Positions 48,963 through 64,000 of a DNA stretch of 64,000 nucleotides are shown one piece after another. A program made the translations under genes and the position numbers. Origin of the DNA: Eledone cirrhosa. Taxonomy: Eukaryota. Each line of letters opens with the position of its first letter. Position 1 is the first letter of the stretch. The stretch is from assembly GCA_964016885.1 (NCBI GenBank), contig OZ024742.1, positions 199,144,001-199,208,000 of the forward strand, given 5' to 3'. The notes beneath the pieces were generated by a model. The model was given only the letters and a program-made list of their open reading frames with translations, did no database searches and was not told where the DNA came from.

Positions 48963-49189
48963 GACATATAGATGTATAGAGAGATAGGATGTTACTAATT
49001 GAGACTAGTAAGACTATTATTCAACTTAGTACTCCATAGTATCAAGTAGATTGCATATGTCATTTAAAGATATGTAAGCCTTCGGGTCAAGCTTTAAAAC
49101 CTCCAAACGGTTTTCATGCTTTAAATAATGCATACACACGCATACATATATACATATGCACAAGTGTAGGTATAAACGATAGAAAAGAT

Positions 49190-49296
49190 CAATCAACACA
49201 TAATGTGATAGTCAAGGATATTTATATTAAGTTTGACATATTTTTGCATTACCAAACGGTTTCGTGGCCGTGAATACGTTCAGCTCTTTCAAATGC
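49190..49296 (-). mobile_element. Penelope pseudo-LTR end with hammerhead-like motif
   Basis: Shares caatcaacacataatgtg..tatttatattaa..gtttgac with 44597-44645; minus strand gcat-TTGAAAGA-gctgaa cgta ttcacggc-cac-GAAAccgtttgGTA-atgc. Confidence 0.6.
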
Positions 49297-49426
49297 GTTT
49301 ATATATTTATATATGAAATGAAATTTTACAGCTGACACCTCTACAGGTTTAGCTGCCCTCCTCTGATGTTGTATCTCTCTGGTTTGTCGGTTGTTTTAAT
49401 GATGGAGCCCCAGCTCTCTCATGAAA

Positions 49427-49505
49427 AGCAACGTGAAATGAAGCGTTTTACATAAGAACACAACGCGCCGCTCGGAATTGAACCCACGACCTTCGGATCG
49501 TGAGT
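49427..49505 (-). mobile_element. tRNA-derived SINE, second family; head fragment
   Basis: Minus: aggtcgtgggttcaattcc..gcgttgtgttctt..catttcacgttgct. Confidence 0.7.
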
Positions 49506-50551
49506 AAATAAACATACAATTATGGATTTAGGTTTTAAGTTAATGAATTCCAAAAATGTTATTCTTGATGATCTAACAAGTCCTTCTGTAGTAGTTTCTT
49601 TTAGTAAACATAAACTACAACTAACTGTTATTTATTCACACCAACAATGTGTTTATATATATTTACATTGCAAGCATTATGTATTTATATATGTGTGCGT
49701 GTATTTTTGTATTATATATATATATATAGACCATATCTTGCTTTCATTCTATTTGGTTTGTTAAAGAAAAAAAATGGTTTGTCTACCCCTTTCTCTCTCT
49801 CTGGTTATTTCTCTGTGCCTCTCTCTCAACCTTCTCTCTTTCTATACCCCTCCCTCTCCTCGTTTGTCTCATCAAACGTTTCTCTTCTCATAACTGTATA
49901 TACTTAACATCTATTGTTCGGATAAAAATATGTGATTCGATCAAATTAAGATATCGATTAAATCCAATTTTTTTTTGGTTGAGCTCCATAAGGACAGGAT
50001 AAATAAAACTAACCTTTTTGATGCTTTTGTTTATTAAACAGAACGAAAAAGTAAATAGAAAAATTGCAAAAAAAAAAAGAAAAAATGGATTCATACCATT
50101 ATTCAATTTAGTACTCGTCCGTACTTGAAAAAGGTAGATAAATATATATGTATATATAAAACATGTAGGTCTGACGGTCAATCTCAAACCATTTCGTTGG
50201 TTGAATACACACATTCACGAGTCAACGAAGGGGCCCCTAACTCTAATCTGGGGATATTTTCATTTTCTTCGAGATCAATTGTCAATGATACCTAGAACAT
50301 GTTTGGTGTTATATATAACGTACAAAAAATAAAATTACCCCCTCCCCCCTTCTGTAAGTGCGTGATGTAAGGAGATTTGACTGCTATTTCTAGATGGTCA
50401 AGCCACCACGTAGAAGCTCCTTGTGTTTTCCACAGGCAAACTGGTTAGAAAACACTTGTACAGACAATGGCGGAGTCTCTACATGGTCCTAGACATGCTA
50501 GAAACAGCAGCCAAATCTTACACGACATTTATTGTTTTAAACGAGTACATC

Positions 50552-52150
50552 ACGTGGCCTGTTGGTTAGGGTGTCGGACTAACGATCTTAAGTTCGTGGG
50601 TTTGATTCTTTGAACAGGCAGTGCATTGTGTTCTTGAGCAAAATGCTATATTTCACATTACTCTTCATGATAGGACTGGGGACCCTATTAAAAGAAACAA
50701 GTAACCTTCTCTGAGATATAACTTCGTAGGAGGCCAGCCAAACCTGCGTAGGTGTGAGCTGTAAATTTCATTTCCTTTTCATATTATATAGTGTAGTACG
50801 GATATCTTGCCTGGACAGAAGAAAGGGACACACACACATATATATATATATGCTCCAAAGGTTCTAACTAATCCTCCAAAGTTCAATGGCAGTCAACATT
50901 CTCTGTATGCTGTTGCTGTTGCTGTATTGTGATCATCTTAAATAAAAGATGACTATTTGGGAACAGCAGAGAAATCTCTCCCTAGTATCATCAGCTAGTA
51001 AGATCTTGTCTCATATACCATTAAATGGCCCAGTGGTTAGGGTGTTAGAATCAGGATCATAAGGCTGTAGTTCAATTCCTGGGCCAAATGGCATGTCATA
51101 TTCTTGAGCAAGACACTTAATTTTGCATTGCTTTTAAAACACCCAAGAAACTGCCTGCGAGATGCAGCTTCTTAGGAGTCCAGCTAAATCTGCATGGGTG
51201 TGAGTTATTTTTTTAATTTCAAATCGACTTAACCAACCATTTAAATGAATTTTGATGGAATCCCAATGCAGTTTCTGTGTTTGAGGTGTAACTGACATGA
51301 TTTTTGCTTGGAGATAACCTCCATAAAACACAAGGGAATTATAGAAACTGATTTTTTCATCTAAGATTGGGTTAAATCCCTTAACCTATTACAGAGGAAG
51401 GGCATTCAGCTGTAGAAGCTATGCCCTCAAAATGGAATGTGGCTTAGTGGTTTAAGTTTAATATCTGGTAGTGCATTCTATCCTTAAGCAAGACACTTTT
51501 TCATGTTGCTCTTGTTGACTCATCTTGTAATTCTTTGGGGTGGCTTTGTCATGCTGAACCTTGCTGAGAACTATAGTCCAAGCCATGACAGCATGGAAAA
51601 CAAATGTAAAACGGTAATGATGTAGGGGAAGAGTGGCTCTAATTAATTAAAGCCATGATCTGTGATGACCTATCCAAATCCATGTGAGCATAATAAAATG
51701 AATGTGAAATGGTGATGTGACTCATTGTAAAGAAAGCATTTGAAAAATTTGGATGACCTGACAAATGAAATGGCTCAAACCTTTCATAATGGCATAAAAG
51801 GTCAAGCAAGTGTCACACCAAGATGAACTTTTTCCTAAGTTTGATATCAACAGTAGTTTCAAACTAAAAGTTATTATCTAATAAAGACACAATGACTTAA
51901 ATCTATAAATTATATATCTATGACCATGATCTTGTGAAAGGATGTGATCTAGTGGTTTGGGTTTTCAGCTCACAAAGTTGTGAGTTCAGTACCTTAAGCA
52001 AGATACTTTATTTCCTGTTGCTCCAGTTTGGTCATCTTGTAATTCAACGGGCTGGCTAAATCTTCCTGAGAACCATGTATCTGTGGAATGCTCAATCACT
52101 CATAAGTTAATTTCATGTGCAGGCTGTTGCATTGTTAGAAAAACTGGAAG
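50552..52150 (+). mobile_element. Cluster of four degenerate tRNA-derived SINEs (second family) at ~50552, 51025, 51437 and 51940
   Basis: Each has a tggcc.agtggtt-like A box and a ctt(g/a)agcaa(g/a)a..ct..tttc..gttgct core. Confidence 0.7.
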
Positions 52151-52859
52151 ACATCTCAGCAGAACTGGTAGAGGTCCAAGACATGACTGACCTATCAGCT
52201 GCTATGTTTTGTTGAAAATACTGCCTCACATTCAACTGAATTTTATCTAAATTCCACCTTCATTATATTTACCCATGCCTACAAGATTATTGACCTTACT
52301 GTCAACTTGCATTACCTCCCCCATTGCCTTTCTCAGCGTGGCTGGGGATACAACATCCTCCTTAGTATTATAAAGTGGTAGTGTTGGAGTATCATCATCA
52401 TCTTCATTTAATGCCCATTTTCCACGCTAGCATGGGTTAGATGGGAGTTGTCCCACTTCTGGCAAGGTTGGTGGGTTACCATGTCTTGCTCATATAGGAC
52501 TATCTGGCAGGTTTTCTACGGCTGGATGCCCTTCCTAACAGCAACCACATTTACAGTGTGGAACTGGGAACTTTTTACCGTGTTACCTACACGGCCACAT
52601 TACAGCGTGTACTGTGTGTTTTTTTTTGACACCTACACAATCTCGATCTCATTATCTCATTTATTTGGACTGGATGTTGTGGTACCAACTTTATAGTGAG
52701 AGGGTGGTGGTAGTGGGAGGATAGGGTAGGGGTAGTGGATTGGGGTGTATATTTGGTTAAGAGGTGCCTACTGACTGTAGGTTTCGCTTTGTACATAGGG
52801 CAAGGCGGATCTTCTGTATTACTGCGTAGTGCCAAAGATCTCGATCCAGTGACATTGTC

Positions 52860-55800
52860 TTAGAGAGGTGTAAGGTCGGAATTTATCAAATCGTCCCAGG
52901 CTTTTCTGGGTCTACCTACTCCGTAACTACCATCAATTTTGATCGCCCTGCACTTTTTTATACAGCTGTCGTCTTTCATGCGCATCACGTGACCATACCA
53001 ACGCAGTCTTCTCTCGAGTAAACAGCATTTGATCCCTCTTATTCCTAATTTCTCACTTAGTTCATTTATGCTTTGCCGTTCACGTATATTACTATTACAC
53101 ATCCAACGGAGCATGCATGCTTCGTTCCTTTCCAGTCTACGCAGGTCCTCTGCACGTAATGCCCATGTCTCACTACCATGTAGCATTGTTGTTCGTATAC
53201 AAGCATCATACAATCTGCCTTTCATTTTTAGAGAGAAACCTTTTGTGGCCAACAGCGGTATAAGCTCTCTGAACTTTTTCCAGCCCGTTCTGACTGGCTA
53301 CTGTACTTTCAGAACACCCTCAACCACTGCTGATTTTGTCACCCAGGTAACGGAAAGTGTCTACTATTTCTATAGAACCATCTGGGCAATCGAAGGGGCT
53401 TGTATCCTGTGGACACTTGCTACCTATTGCACCTGAGCATCGGCCACATATAAAGTCTACGTTCTTAGATAGTTTACCTGTGATCCCACTACATCTTTTA
53501 TGTACCCATACTTTGCATTTGGGACATAAAATTAAATTTCTGCCTACTCCTTTCCTACACACTGAGCAAGGCCATTTCCCTGAGGGTACCTGTGCCTTAT
53601 TTTCCTTTCTACAAACTAGGACTTTAGTCTTAGACAAGTTAACTTTAAGGCCTTTTGATTCTAGGCCATGCTTTCATGTTTGGAATTTCTTTTCTAGTTC
53701 AGCCATTGATTCAGGTATGAGCGTTAGCCCCCTTAGCCCTCTGTCCTTAACCCCCTCCTATTTATTATTGCCTGAAGGGCAATAATAAATAGGAGGGGGC
53801 TAAGGACAGAGCCTTTGTGAACACCAACTTTTACATTAAATTCTCAATATTCATTGTTAATTCTAACCTTACTGACTATTTCATTATACATAGCTTGTAT
53901 AGCTCTCAGAAGTCATTCATCTACACCTGGTGTTCTAAGAGCCCACCAGATAATGGAGCGGAGGACTCTGTCAAAGGTCTTTTCCAGGTCTACAAAAGCT
54001 AAGTAGAGGGGTTTACTTTTATCTAGGTACTTCTCTTGTAGTTGTACAAGGAAAAGAGCGTCTGTGGTACTTTTACCTGATACAAACCCAAACTGCATTT
54101 CATCTAGATCAATTCGCTCTCTGATTAGTTGCGCTATAACTCTTTCTGTGACCTTCATGACCTGGTCAACTAACTTAATGCCTCTATAGTTTCCTCTATC
54201 TAGAGCATCCCCTTTACCCTTGTAGCAGTTAATGATGATGCTGCTACGCCAGTCTTTTGGTATGACCCCATTCTGTATTACCTGCTTAACTATACGGGTG
54301 ACCATAGTGTGTCCCACCATACCAGATGCCTTCAACATCTCAGCAACTATCTCCGAAGGCCCAGCTGCCTTGCCTGTCTTCATATCTTTGATTGCCTTAC
54401 TTATTATACTACCTTTAACTTGCACCGCTGGTCCTTCTATTGGATCGATTTGGGGCAGACTATCTTTTTCCCACTTATTCTCCTCATTTAATAGTCTCTC
54501 GTAGTGACACTTCCAGGCTATCTTCTTATCAGCATCTGTGAGGGCAAGTAGACTGTTATCATTACGGACACATTTCTCCCCGACAATATCACGGTTTTCC
54601 TTGACACATTGCCTAGCAATCCTGAACACCTCGCGCTTTTGATCCTCACGTTGTAGAACATGCTTGAACTTTCTTTCCTCTGCTTCCCTTTTTGCAAGGG
54701 ACACTTGTCTCCTAGCTTTTCTCCTGGCCACTTGATAGTGCTCTCTACTTCCCCCATCCTGCCATACTTTCCAAGCCTGCTTTTTGGCCTTGATTGTCTC
54801 TTCCACCACCAAGTTACTCTCCTCCTGCCAATAGGTCTGCTCCAGCCACAGATTTCATCCGTTGCTTTCAGCAGGTTCACTTTCAAGAATTGCCACTGTT
54901 CCTCTATATCGCACGTCTCTAATTGCTCTTCCTTATTGTCAAAGGCATCAAGTAATAAGCTTTTAAATTTGTCACTGGCTATGGGGTCTTTCAACTTCCA
55001 TATTCTTCTCCTCAAGGTAGGCCTCCTCTGTCGTCGAGTATGTCTATTCCTGACTGTGAGGTCACTAACTACTAGGCTATGTTGGGAGGTGCATTCTTCA
55101 CAGGGGAGGGATTTAATGTTTACAACAGACACTTTGTCCCGTCTTCTAGTAAGGATATAATCTATCTGGCTGGCGTGTTCCCCTGATCTATAGGTGATCA
55201 AGTGGTTTTCACGTTTTTTGAAGTTTGTGTTACAGATAGTTAGGTTATTGGCGTCACATAATTCCAGGATTCTGAAGCCTTCCTCATTTCTATTTCCAAC
55301 CCCATAGCCTCCATGGATTCCATCATAGCCATCACTATGTTGTCCAACATGGCCGTTTAGATCGCCAGCAATAATTAGGTAGTCGCTGTCTGTTATTTGG
55401 GAGGTAGTGTGCATTAGCGTCTCATAGAACCTGTCTTTATAACGTCAAGTAGACCAGATTGGGGTGCATAAGCGGATATTATTGTCACAGTAGTTTTATT
55501 TAGAACTAGCCTTATTTTAATTATTCTATCATTTACTCTATTTACGTCGATTACCTTATCTACCCATTTTTCAACTAACATAATTCCTAGTCCACCCAGT
55601 CCGTTGTCATTTCCCACCTAGAAAAGTTTATAGCATCGTTTTTTACCCACGATGAATCTGGCATACCCCCCCCCCCCCCTCTCTCCACCTAGTCTCTTGA
55701 ATACAACAAACATCAACTTCTTTACGTTCAAGCATCTCTACAACCTCATTTGAGCGACCTTTTAATGTGCCTACGTTCATGGTACCAACTCTGAAGTTGG

Positions 55801-55945
55801 GAGGGTGGGATGGATGGGTTAGAGGGGCAGGGAGGGGTGTGGGAGACGGAATTATGTTGGTCATTCGTGTCTGAAATAGAGAGGGGTCTTTGTATTCTCG
55901 TCTTGCAGCAGGAGGTGAATTTATCTTTATCTGTGACATTGTCAT
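52860..55945 (-). pseudogene. Disrupted RTE polyprotein ORF (split across at least six ORF-track pieces; YADD region lost)
   Basis: ORF-track pieces 55643-55945, 55414-55617, 54518-55414, 53913-54812, 53320-53637 and 52860-53252 are collinear with a single RTE ORF. Confidence 0.9.
53739..53811. repeat. 34-bp fold-back inverted repeat with 5-nt loop
   Basis: ctctgtccttaaccccctcctatttattattgcc-tgaag-ggcaataataaataggagggggctaaggacagag (one mismatch). Confidence 0.95.
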
Positions 55946-56134
55946 TGAATGCTTAGACTTTGCAAATCTCCGCAGTCAACTCATCTAACAGGTCTAAACT
56001 TAAGGAGTAGTAACCGGGGCGGTAGCTTTGCTATACTGATTTATTAGGGAACTTACTAAATCCGCTGAGTTATGATTGGACCATTAGCAATGGTGGTGTG
56101 TGGGTGTGGGAGGGCGGGAAATGGGTAACTTTAA

Positions 56135-56721
56135 GAGAAGGATTTGATTTAGGAAGGGTCCAACAGAATGAGACAAATCATTTAAAAACATGTAAATATT
56201 AATTGAAAATCCGAGAGAAACAAACGGGGAATTTGAATTGTAGGCTAGCATAGCTCTGAGTTTAAAAACACTGCTCATTGGGAAGACAATGCTTACATTC
56301 TCAAATCAACAAGTCGTCCGTAAGATAATTTAGATAGATAAATTCTGTCCTTGGGAACCAGCAAGATGTATTTTATACCTGCGATCAGGCGGGGGAGGGG
56401 GGGGGGTATGAAAGAAAGAGCAAAGTGATTACAAAGTTAGGGAGCGAGATGCAGGAACGATTTAGAATAATTAATTAATAATAATACTAGCAGGATTAGA
56501 TTTAGGAGAAGGATTTGATTTAGGAAGGGTCCGACAGAATGAGACAAATCATTTAAAAAACATGTAAATATTAATTGAAAATCCGAGAGAAACAAATGGG
56601 GAATTTGAATTGTAGACTAGCATAGCTTAAGAGTTTAAAAACACTGCTCATTGCGAAGACTACGGAATATGGAAGACAATGCTTACATTCTCAAATCAAC
56701 AAGTCGTCCGTAAGATAATTT
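56135..56721. repeat. ~200-bp direct duplication (56135-56331 and 56506-56721)
   Basis: Highly similar copies; the first lacks ~17 nt between two gaagac motifs. Confidence 0.9.
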
Positions 56722-56739
56722 GGAGCACATGATGAAATA

Positions 56740-57010
56740 CACCCACCTTACTCTGACTCTGTATAATGTGGTAGTGTTGGTACCAAAATAAAATGCACCC
56801 AATCCATTTTGTAAATTGCTGTAGTACTGGCGCCATGATAAAATGCTCTCAGTATATGCTGTAAAGTGGTTGGCATTAAGAAGGGCATCCACCCGAAGAA
56901 ACTATGCCAGATTGGAATATATGAGCAACATGTGGTCTTCTGACCTTTCATAACTCAGAACGTGACAAGTCTAACCCATGCAGTCATAGAAAATACATGT
57001 AAAATGCTGA
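56740..57010 (+). mobile_element. RTE-related 3' UTR fragment
   Basis: gtaaagtggttggcattaagaagggcatcc..gtctaacccatgc. Confidence 0.7.
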
Positions 57011-57121
57011 ATATATATAAAGTACCACAACAGTTAGCAAACTATTTACTAATGTTATACTGAACTCGTCCCATGGATTGAGTGCTTTCCTTACGATGGG
57101 CATAACCTCCCAGTGTTCTAC

Positions 57122-57155
<34 letters not shown>

Positions 57156-57158
<3 letters not shown>

Positions 57159-57739
57159 AACGGCAAAGCATAAACGAATTGAGAGAGAAACTGAGCATAA
57201 GAGGAATCAAATGCTGTGCGCAGGAGAGGAGGTTGCATTGGTATGGACATGTGATTCGTATGAAGGATGACAGCTGCATAAAAAGGTGCAGAGCACTAGA
57301 AGTCGATGGAAGCCGCGGGGAGGGGAGACCCAAGAAGACCTGGGATGAGGTGATAAAAGCCAATCGTAACTAATTACACCTCTCAAAGGCGATGACACAT
57401 GACCGTGACCTCTGGTGTCATGCAGTAATCCAGAAGACCTGACCCCCCATGGGTACAAGCCGAAGCTGAAGCATATAGACAATATGCCCCCACCCCCTCC
57501 CACTGCAAAGTGGTCGTGGAGGTGCCACTGCAAAAAAGCACCTGGCCCACAGAAAAAACACCCAGCACTCACTGTAAATGAGGTTGGTGTCAGGAAGGGC
57601 ATCCAGCTGTAGAAATCAAGCCAGAATCAGTTCCCGTATAAGCAAGACATGGTCAGCCGACCGGCTACTGCCCACAACAGGACAACTCGTCTAACCCATG
57701 CTAGCGTGGAAAAACGGACGTAAAACGATGATGATGATG

Positions 57740-57740
<1 letters not shown>
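57156..57740 (+). mobile_element. RTE LINE 3' fragment with (TA)n on both sides
   Basis: CERQSINELREKL..RRLHWYGHVIRM..RPKKTWDEV, 3' UTR and gatgatgat tail; (TA)n at 57125-57155 and 57741-57767. Confidence 0.9.
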
Positions 57741-57770
<30 letters not shown>

Positions 57771-58160
57771 TTTTATATAAATTGTATTTACATAAAATCT
57801 CTTGCTCAATATCCACATGGAGCTAACAAACGATGTCAAATTATTATCCATGGTGAAATAGTGAAAGATCTTTCACCTTTTAGCTATCTTCGCAGCATCT
57901 TGTCAAACCTCTCCTGCTTACTCAAAGACTACATCACCAACTAACTATGAGTAGGCCATGCAAAGCTGGTAATAGGTTGAAACCAGATGTGAAATGTAGC
58001 CCTTCTGACTAAGCTAGTAATCAGCTCATACCAGATGTAAAATGTAGGCATCCAAAGCTGTTAATAAACTTTGAGATGAAGAATGAAGGCTCTATTTTAA
58101 AATACTTATCAAATATTCAAATATTTTATTAATTCATTGGTAAATAGATGATTATATATA

Positions 58161-58514
58161 CACCCCAACCCACTACCCTACTCCATCCTCCCACTCCAAC
58201 CCACACCACCCTTTCTCTGTAAAGTTATGTTGGTACCACAGAACATCCAGTCCAAACTAAAGAGGTTGTGTAGGTGTCATGACAAAAAAGCACCCAGTCC
58301 ATGCTGTAAAGTGGTTGTGTAGGAGACACAGTAAAAAGGCTCCCAGTCCACACTGTAAATGTGGTTGGTGTTAGGAAGGGCATCCAGCTGTAGAAAACTT
58401 GCCAGATACAGTCCTATACGAGTGAGACACAGTCACCTGATCAATCTTGCCTCAAGTGGGACAATTTCCGCCTAACCTATGCTAGCGTGGAAGATGTTAA
58501 ACGATGATGATGAT
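58161..58514 (+). mobile_element. RTE 3' UTR fragment
   Basis: Homologous to the reverse complement of 42603-43215; gatgatgat tail. Confidence 0.85.
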
Positions 58515-58555
58515 TTATGTATAGGTTACTGATCTGTGTATATATATATGTATAT

Positions 58556-58930
58556 TCATCAACATCATCATTTAATGTCCATTTTCCATGCTAGCATGTG
58601 ATAGACGGGTTGTACCGTTTGAGATGGGTCAGGTGACTGTGTCCTGCTCAGACAGATTTCTACAGCTGGATATCCTTCCTAATGCCAATCATATTTACAG
58701 TGAGTACTGGCTGCTTTTTGTCATGACTCCTACATGACCACTTTACAGTTTGAGCTGGGCACTTTTTGCCGTGTCACTATCAGGACCACTTTACAGTGTA
58801 GGCTGAAGGCCTCACTGGATGCATTTACATTGGCCTGTCTTCATGGGGGTGTATGGGAGGGTGAGGTGGGGCATATTGTATATATGCTTCGGCTTGTGTT
58901 CGTGGGAAGTCTGGTCTTCTGTATTACTGA
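58556..58930 (-). mobile_element. RTE 3' UTR fragment
   Basis: catcatcatttaatgtccattttccatgctagcatg..tttctacagctgga..; homologous to 57420-57740. Confidence 0.8.
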
Positions 58931-58935
58931 ATATA

Positions 58936-61129
<2,194 letters not shown>

Positions 61130-62059
61130 GATAAATCTACCAAGAGTTTACGGTAGTGTCCAATCCGTATGAAGAACTCAATGTATTCCGGATATCATGG
61201 AAAGAAGAGATGTAATGAAAATCCAATTTCGGTGAAAGATAAACGGTATACAGAGTCAAGATAAAATATTAAACAAATAATGAACAAACAATTCCTTATA
61301 TTAAACAAAAAAAGTTCACTATTTAACGATCGTTTCTAGGGTATATATGTGCTATAATTGGTATGCATATTTAACAGATCTATGTACAAAATTATACAAA
61401 ATTATACAAATTATCAAGATTAAATATACATACCTAACACATATATACGCCGTCTTCAGAAATAATGAAGTATATTTATTGATAATAACAACAATTCAAA
61501 ATATCAGTTCAAAATTGACCAATGAAAACACAAAGGGTTAAAAAGCAGTTTGGTGTGTGTATATACATGTAAAACCCTACACACATTTTACAATAATGTG
61601 CGTATAATATGTATGTGCATACTAAAAAGATGGATGCAAATAAAAAATTTCAAGGTTAATATCTCTGTAAGCTTAATGCGCTGATAAGAAACGCAATGAT
61701 ACTTATGTAGTCAAGCATATAAATATATTTTTTTCATACTCACACATATCAGTATAATCACACATACATGTGCGTATATATATAAATATACACATAACCA
61801 CGAACACACAAACACACACACACCCCCCCCACTCACATTTATATATGTGGATATAAAATCATAAGCAAATAGAAATTAAGTCACTCACATAAACACACTG
61901 GTACACACATTTCAAGATCAAGATACAGAAATTAGGTGGGAGGGGGGGGGGAGGGGTCAGTATTAGGTTGTCAGACAGACAGCCTAATATAAATGTATCT
62001 ATAAATTATGAAAAATAAAAAAATAAAAACAATAAAATATATTACATATAATATAATGT

Positions 62060-62240
62060 ACATACGCATACAGATATACATACACATACGTACATGTACG
62101 CGCACATAGAGATATCTACACATACATACATACACACATACCTATACTGTCATACACACACATACATTTACACGAACATACACATACACATATAAAAAGA
62201 TAAAAATACGGACACACACACGCGCAACACATACACACAT

Positions 62241-62293
<53 letters not shown>

Positions 62294-62411
62294 TATACAC
62301 ACACACACACATAGACTCATATATATATACATACACATACATATACTTATACATAAACATATATATCCCACACTCATACCACCATGAAAACACATACAAA
62401 CATCCAGATGC

Positions 62412-62454
<43 letters not shown>

Positions 62455-62555
62455 AACATACACACACGTACACATATATGCATATATACATACATATATA
62501 CACACATACACATATATATATATATATACACACACACACATAAAATACAGACATG

Positions 62556-62586
<31 letters not shown>

Positions 62587-62678
62587 TTCATTACCCTTAT
62601 ATATACACATAGTACATATACATACACAACCTCACTTATACACATATACACATAAGTTATATTACAATAATAATAAAG

Positions 62679-62719
<41 letters not shown>

Positions 62720-62858
62720 TATACACACATATACACATATACATACATACACATACATATACATACATACATACACATACATACATACATCTAAATATAA
62801 ACATATATAAATACACACATACGAATAAAGACATATATTCACACATAGACACCTATAT

Positions 62859-62917
<59 letters not shown>

Positions 62918-62992
62918 TACACATACATACACATATACATATACATACACATATATACACACGCACACAACATACAGACACACATACACACT

Positions 62993-63031
<39 letters not shown>

Positions 63032-63430
63032 GAGTGTGCGCAAATACATACATATATATACACACACACATACAAACACACACAAACACATACATATGCA
63101 TACATGCACACACACACACATATATCACATAGATACGAAGATAAACATATAAATAGAGAGACATACAAATATATACAGAACCCATATACACATACATGCA
63201 AACACGCATATACATATATACATATATACACACATATATATTCCTATATACAAGCATACACATACGCACACATATATACATATACCTACACATATATATA
63301 CCACACATTCACATACACGTACATATATAATACATATATATACATGCATATACATACATATGTATGTACAATCATATATACACACTCAATCTTACATTCA
63401 TATTTACATGCTCATATATGTATTTTTATA
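62060..63430. repeat. Complex (CA)/(TA)/(TACA) low-complexity microsatellite
   Basis: Visible directly. Confidence 0.9.
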
Positions 63431-64000
63431 TCTAGAAATAAATACCAAAAAAACTATATAGACACCCATCTACCCAAATTCATACATATACACTTACAAA
63501 AACAGATGATAATAGTATGGGGGAAAGGGGGGGGTTTGGAGAAGGGGATCAAAGTAAATATATGTTTCAAGAAACCTATAATATTTTCCATATCTTAATT
63601 CAATGTATGTTCTTACATATTTTCAATGCTAGGAAATACGAAATCTATGCATCACAAAATAAAAAAGTATACCATTAATCATATGTCAACTAAACCAAAG
63701 ATAGTCAACATATTGATTTCCAAGGTGTAAATTAGTTAGGTTTATAATATTTGAAGCAGAATTATGAAGTCAAACAGTAGTAGATTATTAATTACATTAT
63801 AACTAAATTAAAGTTAATAATAGGGAAAAGAAACCCAAATAAAAATAAAATAAAGTATTACATCGGTAGTAGCATATAAATTATATGTTAACTAAGTTAA
63901 AAATTATATATTTATTTCAATAGTATATGTTAATTAGTATATGTTAATTAGGTATACAATACATAAAGCAGATATTGTATTTCATCAATAGCATAATATA

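Larger units (their letters stand above)
52391..55950 (-). mobile_element. Near-full-length RTE LINE (APE endonuclease + RT), inactivated
   Basis: GTMNVGTLKG..VCCIQETRW, ISAYAPQ, AGDLNGHVG, SQIDYIL, YKGKGD..NYRGIKL, QFGF..STTD, AFVDLEK, FRYLG, LHGSETW, WYGHVMR; 3' UTR and (GAT)n tail. Confidence 0.95.

Noticed and set aside
49464-52000. tRNA genes
   Set aside because: A/B-box heads run into SINE bodies and lack a full cloverleaf and acceptor stem; the same applies to 57063-57125.
61315-61390. GAAACGATCGTT hammerhead-like half on the minus strand
   Set aside because: No upstream CTGANGA core or stem I was found.

Overview
Repeat-dense, non-coding animal (eukaryotic) DNA. The (TA)n/(CA)n load and the tRNA-derived SINE, RTE, CR1 and Penelope content suggest a cephalopod (octopus-like) genome; this is inference only. 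No intact host protein-coding gene can be supported. About half of the window (5643-37260) is one ~31.6-kb G/T-rich minisatellite with a 19-bp unit and nested higher-order duplications. The rest is a mosaic of mobile-element remnants: a near-full-length but disabled RTE LINE (52391-55950, minus), many RTE and CR1 3' ends, a degraded Penelope-like element with GIY-YIG domain, three CRE-clade restriction-like-endonuclease 3' fragments, a deleted DD37D/maT-like transposon, several MITEs and SINEs, and a possible ETS-site promoter array. The most interesting item is a ~427-nt unit at 4389-4830 carrying a minimal type I hammerhead ribozyme. An adjacent inverted segment spans the unit's end-to-start junction, implying a circular or tandem RNA template (retrozyme or Penelope pseudo-LTR-like). 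All calls were made by eye, coordinates are approximate, and no searches were run.
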